Assembly (NCBI RefSeq): GCF_963921235.1
Contig: NC_086109.1
Span: 1,736,001-1,800,000 of the forward strand
Length of the DNA: 64,000 nt
Reading direction: 5' to 3'
From: Mobula hypostoma
Taxonomy: Eukaryota
Part shown: positions 34,531 through 46,548 of the stretch, piece after piece
Layout of the letters: each line of letters opens with the position of its first letter
Position numbering within the stretch: the first letter of the stretch is position 1
Program-made: the position numbers and the translations under genes
The notes under the pieces: generated by a model
What the model saw: only the letters and a program-made list of their open reading frames with translations
What the model was told of the DNA's origin: nothing
Database searches by the model: none

Positions 34531-37157
34531 AGGCTAGGCGTGAGGAGGTTAGTTCACAACAGGGGGATGGGAACCAGTGCAGAGAGACAGAGGGGTGTAA
34601 AGTGAGGGTAGAAGCAAAAAGTACTAAGGAGAAAAGTAAAAGTGGCAGGCCGACAAATCCAGGGCAAGCATTAAAAAGGGCCACTTTTCAACATAATTGT
34701 ATAAGGGCTAAGAGAGTTGTAAAAGAGCGCCTGAAGGCTTTGTGTGTCAATGCAAGGAGCATTCGTAATAAGATGGATGAATTGAAAGTGCAGATTGTTA
34801 TTAATGATTATGATATAGTTGGGATCACAGAGACATGGCTCCAGGGTGACCAAGGATGGGAGCTCAACATTCAGGGATATTCAATATTCAGGAGGGATAG
34901 ACATGAAAGAAAAGGAGGTGGGGTGGCGTTGCTGGTTAAAGAGGAGATTAACGCAATAGAAAGGAAGGACATAAGCCGGGAAGATGTGGAATCGATATGG
35001 GTAGAGCAGCATAACACTAAGGGGCAGAAGACGCTGGTGGGAGTTGTGTACAGGCCACCTAACAGTAGTAGTGAGGTTGGAGATGGTACAGGAAATTAGA
35101 AATGTGTGCAATAAAGGAACAGCAGTTATAATGGGTGACTTCAATCTACATGTAGATTGGGTGAACCAAATTGGTAAAGGTGCTGAGGAAGAGGATTTCT
35201 TGGAATGTATGTGGGATGGTTATTTCAACCAACATGTCGAGGAACCAACTAGAGAGCAGGCTATTCTGGACTGGGTTTTGAGCAATGAGGAAGGGGAAAA
35301 AAGATTATGAGAGAAAACTGGCAGGGAACATAAAAACTGACTGTAAAAGCTTTTATAGATATGTAAAAAGGAAAAGACTGGTAAAGACAAATGTAGGTCC
35401 CTACAGACAGAAACAGGTGAATTGATTATGGGGAGCAAGGACATGGCAGACCAATTGAATAATTACTTTGGTTCTGTCTTCACTAAGGAGGACATAAATA
35501 ATCTTCCAGAAATAGTAGGGGACAGAGGGTCCAGTGAGATGGAGGAACTGAGTAAAATACATGTTAGTAGGGAAGTGGTGTTAGGTAAATTGAAGGGATT
35601 GAAGGCAGATAAATCCCCAGGGTCAGATGGTCTGCATCCCAGAGTGCTTAAGGAAGTAGCCCAAGAAATAGTGGATGCATTAGTGATCATTTTTCAAAAC
35701 TCGTTAGATTCTGGACTAGTTCCTGAGGATTGGAGGGTGGCTAATGTAACCCCACTTTTTAAAAAAGGAGGGAGAGAGAAACTGGGGAATTATAGACCGG
35801 TTAGCCTAACGTCGGTGGTGGGGAAACTGCTAGAGTCAGTTATCAAAGATGTGATAACAGCACATTTGGAAAGCGGTGAAATCATCGGACAAAGTCAGCA
35901 TGGATTTGTGAAAGGAAAATCATGTCTGACGAATCTCATAGAATTTTTTGAGGATGTAACTAGTAGAGTGGATAGGGGAGAACCAGTGGATGTGGTATAT
36001 TTGGATTTACAAAAGGCTTTTGACAAGATCCCACACAGGAGATTAGTGTGTAAACTTAAAGCACACGGTATTGGGGGTAAGGTATTGATGTGGTTAGAGA
36101 ATTGGTTGGCAGACAGGAAGCAAAGAGTGGGAATAAACGGGACCTTTTCAGAATGGCAGGCAGTGACTAGTGGGGTACCGCAAGGCTCAGTGCTGGGACC
36201 CCAGTTGTTTACAATATATATTAATGACTTGGATGAGGGAATTAAATGCAGCATCTCCAAGTTTGCGGATGACAGGAAGCTGGGTGGCAGTGTTAGCTGT
36301 GAGGAGGATGCTAAGAGGATGCAGGGTGACTTGGATAGGTTGGGTGAGTGGTCAAATCCATGCCAGATGCAATTTAATGTGGATAAATGTGAAGTTATCC
36401 ACTTTGGTGGCAAAAATAGGAAAACAGATTATTATCTGAATGTTGGCCGATTAGGAAAAGGGGAGGTGCAACGAGATCTGGGTGTCATTATACACCAGTC
36501 ATTGAAAGTGGGCATGCAGATACAGCAGGCGGTGTAAAAGGCAAATGGTATGCTGGCATTTATAGCGAGAGGATTCGAGTACAGGAGCAGGGAGGTACTA
36601 CTGCAGTTGTACAAGGCCTTGATGAGACCACACCTGGAGTATTGCGTGCAGTTTTGGTCCCCTAATCTGAGGAAAGACATCCTTGCCATAGAGGGAGTAC
36701 AAAGAAGGTTCACCAGATTGATTCCTGGGATGGCAGGACTTTCATATGAAGAAAGACTGGATGAACTGGGCTTGTACTCGTTGGAATTTAGAAGATTGAG
36801 GGGGGATCTGATTGAAATGTATAAAATCCTAAAGGGATTGGACAAGCGAGATGCAGGAAGATTGTTCCCGATGTTGGGGAAGTCCAGAATGAGGGGTCAC
36901 AGTTTGAGGATAAAGGGGAAGCCTTTTAGGACCGAGATTAGGAAAAACTTCTTCACACAGAGAGTGGTGAATCTGTGGAATTCTCTGCCACAGGAAACAG
37001 TTGAGGCCAGTTCATTGGCTATATTTAAGAGGGAGTTAGATATGGCCCTTGTGGCTACGGGGCTCAGGGGGTATGGAGGGAAGGCTGGTACAGGGTTCTG
37101 AGTTGGATGATCAGCTATGATCATAATAAATGGCGGTGCAGGCTCGAAGGGCCGAAT
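34531..37157 (+). mobile_element. CR1 family A copy, 5'-truncated, with a 431-bp internal deletion and a clipped 3' tail
   Basis: Colinear with 9390-12450 except for the deletion junction at 35288-35295. Confidence 0.92.
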
Positions 37158-37166
37158 CTCGAAGGG

Positions 37167-37349
37167 ACATGGAGGCTTGTGGGGTGGTGGGTAAGGACAA
37201 GAGGAACCCTATCCCTGACAGGGTGGCAGGAAGATGGTTTAAGAGCAGACGTGCGTGAAATGGAAGAGATGTGGTTGAGGGCAGCGTTGATGGTGGAAGA
37301 AGGGAAGCTCCTTTCTTTGAAAAAGGAGGACATCTCCTTCATTCTAGAA
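37167..37349 (-). mobile_element. Penelope-like ORF fragment (RT C-terminus/linker)
   Basis: EMSSFFKERSFPSSTINAAL...RDRVPLVLTHHP resembles the Penelope 'PLVLTYHP' linker. Confidence 0.7.
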
Positions 37350-37352
37350 CCT

Positions 37353-38245
37353 GTCTCTGAATGTGAAAAAAACAAAAGAGATGGTTGTTGACTTCAAGAG
37401 AACACGGAGCAACCACTCTCTGCTGAACATTGACAGCTCCTCCATTGAGATCGTTAAGAGCAACAAATTTCTTGGTGTTCACCTGGCGGAGAATCTCACC
37501 TGGTCCCTGAACACCAGCTCCATAGCCAAGAAAGCCCAGCAGCATCTCTACTTCCTGTAAAGGCTGAGAGAAGTCCATCTCCCACCCCCCATCCTCACCA
37601 CATTCTACAGAGGTTGTATTGAGAGCATCCTGAGCAGCTACATCACTGCCTGGTTTGGGAATTGCACCGTCTCGGATTGCAAGACCCTGCAGCAGATAGT
37701 GAGGTCAGCTGAGAAGATCATCGGGGTCTCTCTTCCCGCCATTACAGACATTTACACCACATGCTGCACCCGTAAAGCCAACAGCATTGTGAAGGACCCC
37801 ACGCACCCCTCACACAAACTCTTCTCCCTCCTGCCATCTGGCAAAAGGTACCAAAGCATTCGGGCTCTCACAACCAGACTGTGCAACAGTTTCTTCCCCC
37901 AAGTCATCAGACTCCTTAATACCCAGAGTCTAGACTGACATCTACATCATTTATTATTATATTGTAATTTGTCCTCTACTGTGTCTATCGTCTTGTTTAT
38001 TATTTATTGCACTGCTCTGCACTATTTTGTGCACTTTATGTAGTCCTGTATAGGTCTGTAGTCTAGTGTAGATTTTGTGTTGTTTTACGTAGTCTAGTGT
38101 AGTCTTATGTTGTCTCACTCAGTCTGCTGTAGTTCTGTGTTGTTTCATGTAGCACCAGGGTCCTGGAAGAACGTTGTTTCATTTTTACTGTGTACTGTAC
38201 CAGCAGTTTATGGACAAAATGACAATAAAAAGCGACTTGACTTGG
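37353..38245 (+). mobile_element. Rex1/Babar 3' fragment with 3' UTR
   Basis: KTKEMVVDF...[10 protein letters not shown]...NSFFPQVIRLLN, then a tail AATGACAATAAA...GACTTGACTTG. Confidence 0.88.
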
Positions 38246-38314
38246 AAAAGCCTCATTCTGAGAGCAGATGTGATGGAGATGGAGGAGACGGAGAAATTGA
38301 GAGAAAGGGATTTC

Positions 38315-38690
38315 TGATTTCTCGAACTTCCGGTAATGGAAGTTGCCCTCTCCTTCACTGGTCCCCATCTGCTTTTCCTTCTCTCACCTTGCCTCCTTGC
38401 CTGTCCATCGCCTCCCTCTGGTGCTCCTCCCCATTTTCATTCTTCCATTGCCTCCTATCCCCACCTATCAGACTCCCCCTTCTCCAGCCCTGTATCTCTT
38501 TCACCAATCAACTTCCCAGCTCTTTACTTCAGTCCTCCCCCTCCCGGTTTCACCTATCACCTTGTGTTTCTCTCTCCCTCCCCCACGTTTTGAATGTATT
38601 CCTCACTTCTTTTCTCCAGTCCTACAGAAGGGTGTTGGCCTGAAACGTCGACTGTACTCTTTTCCATTGATGTCGTTAAATCGATATGCA
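38315..38690 (+). mobile_element. Penelope-like 3' end with a minimal hammerhead motif at 38617-38654
   Basis: ORF terminus DFSNFR-stop at 38316-38336, a pyrimidine-rich UTR, and CAGTC...GAAACGTC|GACTG. Confidence 0.7.
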
Positions 38691-38870
38691 TTGCATGAAG
38701 TTTTAAAGGTGACATGTGCATTAAAAATCCCTGATACAGTGGGACAATTCACTCTGTATGTTCTTGAGAAAAAGTCTTAAATCAAGAACCTGGAGACCAA
38801 CAACATCCTTGTACTTTCTCCCCTCCCCGACCTTCTTGCTCTAACTTCTCATCTTTTTTCCAGTCCTGAT

Positions 38871-39745
38871 CAGAATCAGAATCAGGTTTATTGTCACCAG
38901 CAGGTGACCTGAAATTTGTCAACTTAGCAGCAGCAGTTCAATGCAATACATAATCTAGCAGAGAGAAAAAAAAAATAATTAAACAAGTAAATCTATTATG
39001 TATATTGAATAGATTAAAAAATGTGCAATGACAGAAATAATGTATATTAAAAACAAGTGAGGTAGTGTCCAAAAATTCAACGTCCATTTAGGAATTGGAT
39101 GGCAGAGGGGAAGAAGCTGTTCCTGAATCGCTGAGTGTGTGCCTTCAGGCTTCTGTATCTCCTTCCTGATGGTAACAGTGAGAAGAGGGCATGCCCTGGG
39201 TGCTGGAAGTCCTCAATAATGGACGCTGCCTTTCTGAGACACCGCTCGTTGAGGATGTCCTGGGTAGTTTGTAGGTGATTACCCAAGATGGAGCTGACAA
39301 GATTTACAACCTTCTGCAGCTTCTTTCGGTCCTGTGCAGTAGCCTCTCCATACCAGACAGTGATGCAGCCTGTCAGAACCATACAACCACAGAAATTTTT
39401 GAGTGTGTTTGTTGACATGCCAGATCTCTTCAAACTCCTAATAAAGTATAGCGGCTGATTTACCTTCTTTATACAAACGTAACTACATCAATATGTTGGG
39501 ATCAGGTTAGATCCTCAGAGATCTTGACACCCAGGAACTTGAAGCTGCTCACTCTCTCCACTTCTGATCCCTCTATGAGGATCGGTATGTTTTCCTTCAT
39601 CTTACCCTTCTTGAAGTCCACAATCAACTCTTTCATCTTACTGACACTGAGTGCCAGGTTGTTGCTATGGAACCACTCCACTAGTTGGCATATCTCTCTC
39701 CTGTACGTCCTCTCGTCACCACCTGAGATTCTACCAGCAATGGTT
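38871..39745 (-). mobile_element. Rex1/Babar 3' fragment
   Basis: (CAGAAT)n tail and the readings FKFLGVKISEDL and RNSFFPSAIQFLN. Confidence 0.85.
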
Positions 39746-40020
39746 GTCTCATCCCGAAACACTGACTGTTTACACTTTTCTACGGGTGCTGCCTGGCCTG
39801 CTGAGTGTTTTGTGTGTGTTGCTCAGATTTCCAGCATCTGCAGATTCTCTCTTGTTTATGTTTTCATTCCATTGGCTTTGCTTATCTGACTGACCAGTCT
39901 GATGAAGGGTCTTGAGCTGAAACGTCCATGTTCCATTTCCCTCCATAGATGCTGCCCGACCCACTGAGTTCCTGCAGCATTTTGTGTGTCGTACCAGATT
40001 TTTAGCATCCGTCATCTCTC
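39746..40020 (+). mobile_element. Two tandem Penelope-like terminal repeats; hammerhead core at 39895-39930
   Basis: CTGATGAAGGGTCTTGAGCTGAAACGTC followed by ...CTGAGTTCCTGCAGCATTTTGTGTGT. Confidence 0.7.
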
Positions 40021-40369
40021 TTGTGATTCCATCTGGCTAACCTGTGTCACCCTCTCATTGCACCGAGCCCTCTGCAAGCGTAATTTCTCCATTGTTCTTC
40101 CAGCAAATATGTACCACTGTCTGTCAATTTCCCTCAGTTGATACTGTCTGATCTACAGCATCTGGTGTGACTACACATTGGAGCATCTGCCGTCTTGAGT
40201 CTCCCAAGAAGTACTTATGCCTCGTCACTCTCTGTTCCACCTGAATCAGGGCAATATTTATTTATTTTCATAGCTGCTGCCAGACCTGCTGAGTTCCACC
40301 AGATTTTGTGTATGTTGCTTTGGATTTCCAGTATCCACAGACTTTCTTGTGTTTATACATCAGAGAACT

Positions 40370-41060
40370 CGGTGTTAGAGGTAAGGTACCAGCATGGATA
40401 GAAGATTGGCTGACTGGCAGGGGTGTGGGAGTGGGGACAAGTGGGGCCCTTTTCAGGAAGGCTGTCAGTTTTGAGTGGAGTTCCTCAGGGTTCAGTGTTG
40501 TGACAAATTTTCACTTTAGGCATGAAGATATTTCACTTTGGAATGAAATGGATGAAGGAAATAGAGTCATGGAGCCATAGAACACTACAGCACAGAAAGA
40601 GGACCTTCGGCCCATCTAGTCCATGACAAAGCAGCCTGGTCCCATTGATCTGTACCCAGACGATAGCCCTCCATGCCCCTCCTATCCATGTACCTATCCA
40701 AATTTCTCTTAAAAATTCAAATCAAAATTGCATCCACCACTTGTGCTGGCAGCTCATTCCATACTCTCACCACCCTCTACGTGAAGAAGTTTCTCCTTGT
40801 GTTCCCTGAAATACAATGGTATTTAAAAGATGGCGTTGTCACCAAGTTTGTAGCCAAAACCAAGCTAGGTGGAGGGACAGTTAAAACTGTGAATTCACTC
40901 TTTTTCAGCATTACACAATGATTTAGTAATTTTACCAGAGTACAGGTTGTACTTGGGGAGAGAATTCAGATATTGGAGGTGCAAAGGGGTTTGGCAGTCA
41001 GAATTCATTTAAGGTTAACTTCGAGATTATTTATATTTAACTTCTTGTTTGAGTCAGTCG
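40370..41060. mobile_element. Mosaic of old CR1 fragments in both orientations
   Basis: WIEDWLTGR and KFVAKTKLGG-like remnants, plus a CR1 3' tail near 40570-40600. Confidence 0.6.
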
Positions 41061-41242
41061 TAAAGTGTCAAAAGCAGTATATGAGCAGGACACACGTGGG
41101 AATTTTCTCCAGCAGGAACTGAAGGGTGAAGAGAAGGTTAAACTGGTGGGTTGAAATGAGCGGGGATCAGTTTAGAGTTTACTTTGATCCTCAAGGGGTC
41201 CACGAAGATCTCCTTTACTCATTTTTCATCTCTCCATCGCAG

Positions 41243-41530
41243 AGCCGGTGTCAGGAACAAACATCACAGTTCAGAATAATACTGGAGTCTGTAACTTCAC
41301 CCTGACCTGCTCGGTGATGTCAGGTGACAGCACCAGCTTCAGATGGTGGAGGGGCGATGAAACTGTGGTGAACGACAGCCTCCATAACCTCTGGGGACAT
41401 GGAGAGACGTTGGAGATTCATCACACACCAGAGAGCATGGACGTTGTGTACAAGTGTGAAGCCAGGAATCCCGTCAGTACGGACACAGCGGAGATTCGGT
41501 TGTGGGAGATCTGCAAACTGCACACATCTG
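41243..41530 (+). CDS. CD2/SLAM-family receptor, IgC2 exon (phase 1-1)
   Basis: Acceptor TCTCCATCGCAG and donor G|GTGAGT; 288 bp open. It joins as VY-E-PVS and has four Cys (CNFTLTC, YKCEARNPVS, WEIC), typical of SLAM C2 domains. Confidence 0.92.
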
Positions 41531-42064
41531 GTGAGTGTCAGAGGAAGAAGTTGGGATTCAGAGAGGAGGGTGGTTACCCTGTCCCAGGAGTGAGTGACAG
41601 GACAGAGTAGAGGACCTTCAGTCTCGATCTATCCTGCTCTCTGACACTCCCTGGCCGGGTACTGTAGAGCAGAGGTTACCATTGAGGATTGAGAGCTGTT
41701 GTACTATCAAAGCTGAGAGCTAAAGTGTTGGAGGAGATACATGCCAGTCATCTAGGTGTGGTGAAAATGAAAGCATTGGCTTGAATCTTTGTCTGGTGGT
41801 CTAGGATACATCAGCAGATTGAGCAAGTAACCATGGACTGTACAGGATGCCAACATATCCAGAAGATGCCAAGAGCTGCGCACCAGCATCCTTGGGAATG
41901 GCCTGCATTGCCCTAACAGTGGATTCATGTGGCTTTTGCCAGATCATTCATGGGCACAAATTCCTTGGTAGTGGTGAATGCAGCTACAATGTGACTTGAA
42001 GTGTTCCTGATAGCCTCCACTGCAGACTCTACACTGTTGGTCTATTGAGAAGCCTCTTCACAAA

Positions 42065-44200
42065 GACTGACAAAGTGTTTGCTTGGGCTCGACAGGAGGC
42101 AAGTGCAGAAATTGCCGGTGCCCTAGCAGAGATATTTGAAACATGGTTAGTGACAGGAGAGGTACCAGAGGACAGGAGGATAGCCAGTGTTGTTCCACTG
42201 TTTAAGAAAGGCACTGAACATATACCAGGAAATTATAGGCCAGTGAATCTGACATCAGATGTGGGAAAGTTATTGGAAGGTATTCTGAGGGACTGGTTAT
42301 GTAAGTACTTGGATAGACAAGGACTGATTACAGATAGTTGGCATACCTTTCTGCATGGTAGATCATATCTATTTTTTAAGCTCTATGTACCTATCTAAGA
42401 ACCTCTTAAAGGACTATTGCAGCCCACTGAGGAGTGTGGTGGAACAAAGCCCCATAATTCATTGAAAGCGGCATCACAACTTTTGGCACATTGACCTTCA
42501 TAAATCAAAGTATTGAGTGCAGGATATGGGATGTTATGTTGAAATTGTATAAGACAGTGGTGAGGCCTAATTTGGAGTATTATTTACAGTTTTGGTCACC
42601 TACCTATAGGAAAGAATTTAGTAAGTATGAAAGAGTGCAGAGAAGATTTACAAGGATGTTGATGGATCTGTAGTACCTGAGTTATAAGGAAAGATTGAAT
42701 AGGTTCTTAGAACATAGAAGATTGAGAAGAGATTTGAGGGAGAACCTAGAACATAGAACACAGAAATCTACAGCACATTACAGGCCCTTCGGCCCACAAT
42801 GTTGTGCCCGCCATGCAACCTACTCTAGAAACTGACTTGAATTTCCTGACCGCATTGCCCTATATTTCTCTAAGCTCCATGTACCAATCTAAGAATCTCT
42901 CAAAAAGCTCTATTGTATCCACCTCTACCACCTTCACTGCAGTGTATTCCACTCTGTGAAAAACTTACCTCTGACATCCCCTTTGTACCTACTTCCAAGC
43001 ACCTTAAGACTATGCCTCCTTGTGCTAGCCATTTCAACCTTGGGGAAAGGTCTCTGCCTGTCCACACGAACGAAGACTCTCATCATCTTATATACAAAAT
43101 TATGAGGGGTAGAGATAGGGTAAATGCAAGCAGGCTTGTCCCACTGAGGTTGGGTGGTACTACAACCAGAGGTGATGGGTGTCATAGGATGGGGTGGCTG
43201 GGAACGGACCCAAGTGCAAGACACAGACACTGAAGTACTAGGGACAGGACTAGGATACAGGGCGATGGCAAGGACATGGACTGCAAAACCTGGAACCTGG
43301 AACAGGACTGGACAAGAGAGCTAGGAGCCCGGGCTTGGACTCTGTGCCAGAGACTGGACAAGGACCCAGTATCTGGGACTTGTCTCTGGCTCGGACCCCA
43401 GAACCAGGCAAGGACGAGGCTGGAGTCTTCAGGCTTGAGGCGGGGCTGGAGGCAGGCTCCTCCGGGGCAGGGCGCGGTCCACCACCCGACAGAGGCATGG
43501 GACGGGAAGGGACAGAACCAACTGCAGGTAACGGCAATACGGCCTGGCTTACCCAACGGAGGCAAGGGGCAGGAAGGGAGCTAGGTACAGGGTGGCTGCA
43601 GGACAAGACTGCAGGCGAGACAAGGCGAGAGATACCAGCAAGACAAGGCAAGGCTTCAGGTAATGCAAGGCGAGGCGAGAACTTCAGGCAAGGCGAGAGT
43701 TACCGGCAAGACAAGGCAGGGCTTCAGGCGAGGAAACAGAAGGCAGAGGAAAGGATACAAGGAGTAAGGACAAGAACAATCCAGCAGCCAAGCCCTGGTC
43801 TCTGGAAATATTTATGCAGCCAGCCCCAATTAGCGTCAGCTGCCGCAATTAACTCAACAAGGACAGAAACAGGGTAGAAAGGAAAACCTGGAGCAAAGCT
43901 CGATGGACCGGACCCTGAACTGTGAACCGGAATACGGATGTGATGGACCGGACCATGACAATGGGTTAAGGGTGAAAGGTGAAATGTTTAAGGGGAACGT
44001 TAAGGGAAACCTCTTCACATGGAGGGTAATGAGTGTGTGGAATGAGCTGCCAGCATGTGTTGCATGTGAGTAGAATTTGAATGTTTATGAGAAGTTTGGA
44101 TAGGTCCATGGATGGTAGGGGTGTGGAGAACCAGATCCCAGTACAGGTAGAAGTTTAAATGTTTTTGGCATAGACTAGATGGGCTGAATGGCCTGTTTCT
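42065..44200 (+). mobile_element. Composite of CR1 fragments inside the old Gypsy, itself interrupted by a solo LTR
   Basis: GNYRPVNLTSDVGKLLE and LKLYKTVVRPNLEY readings, with an antisense CR1 tail at about 42745-43090. Confidence 0.7.
43180..43960 (-). mobile_element. Solo LTR (781 bp)
   Basis: TGTCAT...ATGACA termini and a 5-bp TSD ATGGG at 43175-43179 and 43961-43965. The empty site is at 49911-49915. Strand is inferred from a minus-strand TATA-like motif. Confidence 0.9.
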
Positions 44201-45046
44201 GTGCTGTACTTCTCCATGACACTGTGACTCTATGACTGGTATTCCAGAACGCTTAGTCATCAACAATGGACACAGTTTGTGGTCGAACAGTTTCAGTTAT
44301 TGTTAAAAATGAATGGAATAAGACATGTTGCATCTCCATCATACCATCTGGCTACAAATGGCATGACAGAAAGGTTTGTGCAGCGTATAAAGAATGCCCT
44401 GTGAGCAATGTCAGCAGAACGCTCTACACTAACCCTGAACCTGAAGCTGGCTAATTTCCTGCTCGGATATCATAATGTACAACACTGCACAACCAGCAAC
44501 TTACCAGCCATACTGTTCCTGGATCGGTCCAAGCATTCACACTTGGATCACCTCAAACTCATCTCAGGAGGAGGATGCAGGACAAACAGCTAAGACAAAT
44601 TGAAGTTTCCTGAAACAGGAAGCTCCGGTGTTTCTCTCCTGGACAAGCAGTCCTGGCGCGGGACTACAGAGGTGATCAAAAGTGGATACTCGGAAAGACT
44701 AAGGACAGAACTGGACCACTCTCCTAACACAATGGAAATTGAGTCTGATATCATCTGGAGATGACATATTGATCAATTGAGGAGAGCAGAGTCAATAGTT
44801 AGAGAAGAAAGTTGGCTACCGCTATCAGAACCACTCCCTGCAGTCCCAGAGTCCACTCCTACAACGAGCACACACAGAGCCCAAGAACCCGAGATTGTTT
44901 CACAGCCACAAGTCTCACCTGTTAAGCAGAGTGACCCCCCCGTCAAGAAAAACATTATCCCACAAGAATAACGAATCCTCCACAGCAAGTAAATCTTTAA
45001 ATCCGAATAAGAGAATTTAAAGTTTACTCTGCTAATGTCTGCATAT

Positions 45047-45800
45047 TTTCATTGGTGGTGGGCAAGTGGAACAGATCAAAAGCTTTAAGTTCCTCAGGGT
45101 CAATATCACAAATGACCTGACTTGGTCCAACCAAGCAGAGTCCACTGCCAAGAAGGCCCACCAGTGCCCTTACTTCCTGAGAAAACTAATGAAATTTGGC
45201 CTGTTGCCTAAAACCCTCACTAATTTTTATAGATGCACCGTTGAAAGCATTCTTCTAGGGTGCATCACAACCTGGTATGGAAGTTGTCCTGTCCAAGACC
45301 GAAAGAAGCTGCAGAAGATTGTGAACACAGCTCAGCACATCACACAAACCAATCTTCCGACCTTGAACTCACTTTACACCGCACGCTGTCGGAGCAGTGC
45401 TGCCAGGATAATCAAGGACATGACCCACCCAGCCAACACAATTTTCGTCCCTCTTCCCTCCGGGAGAAGGTTCAGGAGCTTGAAGACTCACATGGCCAGA
45501 TTTGGGAACAGCTTCTTTCCAACTGTGATAAGACTGCTGAACGGATCCTGACCCGGATCTGGGCTGTACCCTCCAAGTATCCGGACCTGCCTCTCGGTTT
45601 TTTGTTTGCACTACCTTACTTTCCATTTTTCTATTTTCTCTTAGTGATTTATAATTTAAATTTTTAATATTTACTAATTTTTCCTATTTTTAATATTTAG
45701 TATTTGTATTCCAGGGAGCGGGAAGCGCAGAATCAAATATGGCTGTGATGATTGTATGTTCTAGAATCAATTGTTTGGCAACAATGAAGTATAAAATATA
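45047..45800 (+). mobile_element. Rex1/Babar 3' fragment
   Basis: EQIKSFKFLRVNIT...NSFFPTVIRLLN. Absent from the duplicate near 57760. Confidence 0.85.
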
Positions 45801-45802
45801 TA

Positions 45803-46232
45803 CAAGGGGTGATTGATAATTTCGTGGCCGAAGGCAGAAGGAGTCAATTTTAGAAAACGTGGCACATTTATTTTTCAACATCATCACCTTCTACATTTAC
45901 ACACTTAGACCAGCGGTCGTGGAGCATACGGACCTTGGACATCCAGAAAGCACCCACAGCAGGGGCGATTGATAAGTTCGTGGCCTAAGGTAGAAGGAGA
46001 TGAGTTAGACAGATCTCGTTACATGCAAATGCAGTTCAACTCCTGAGTGATTATGCAGAAAGTTTGAAGTTGATAACTCATCTCCTTCTACCTTAGGCCA
46101 CGAACTTATCAATCACCCCTGATGAGTTATTAATTTCAAACTTTCTGCATAATCACTCAAAGAGTTGAACTGTATGTGCAAGTAACGAGAGCTGTATAAC
46201 TCATCTCCTTCTCCCTTACCAATCACCCCTCA
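45803..46232. mobile_element. Mariner/Tc1-type MITE with internally repeated TIRs
   Basis: TA|CAAGGGGTGATTG...AATCACCCCTCA|TA, with no transposase. Confidence 0.75.
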
Positions 46233-46320
46233 TAGTAGTTCTATTACTGTATAAATATATTGTGAATACAGATAAAATGCCTTCTCTTTTGAGCTAAGTT
46301 CATAGCTAAGCAGGGAGGAG

Positions 46321-46548
46321 TGTTGTGTATTTAATATTTCAGTCATATTTGAATAATCTTCTGTTTGTATAGATATATATAGTTTGATTAAGCATTCTTG
46401 TTCCTTTAATTAATTACAGATTATATGTCATTTACGCTACCACGTGATACGTGCGTGCATCACTTAAAGTAAATATGATGTTACAGCCGTATTTTCTGAC
46501 TCCCATGAGTTTCTTAGAATTCATCTAATGTTTTGAAGTTACAAAACA
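46321..46548 (+). repeat. 3' LTR of the old Gypsy (unit A copy)
   Basis: TGTTGTG...CAAAACA directly after the PPT; duplicated at 57847-58090. Confidence 0.75.

Larger units (their letters stand above)
41690..46548 (+). mobile_element. Old Gypsy remnant (integrase, PPT, 3' LTR), interrupted by several insertions
   Basis: HASHLGVVKMK...CTGC...HPWEWP at 41700-42040, further IN sequence at 44240-44980, and a PPT GCAGGGAGGAG before the LTR. Confidence 0.75.

Noticed and set aside
43182-43877. Overlapping 100-180-aa ORFs
   Set aside because: They lie wholly within a TSD-flanked solo LTR made of short purine-rich repeats.
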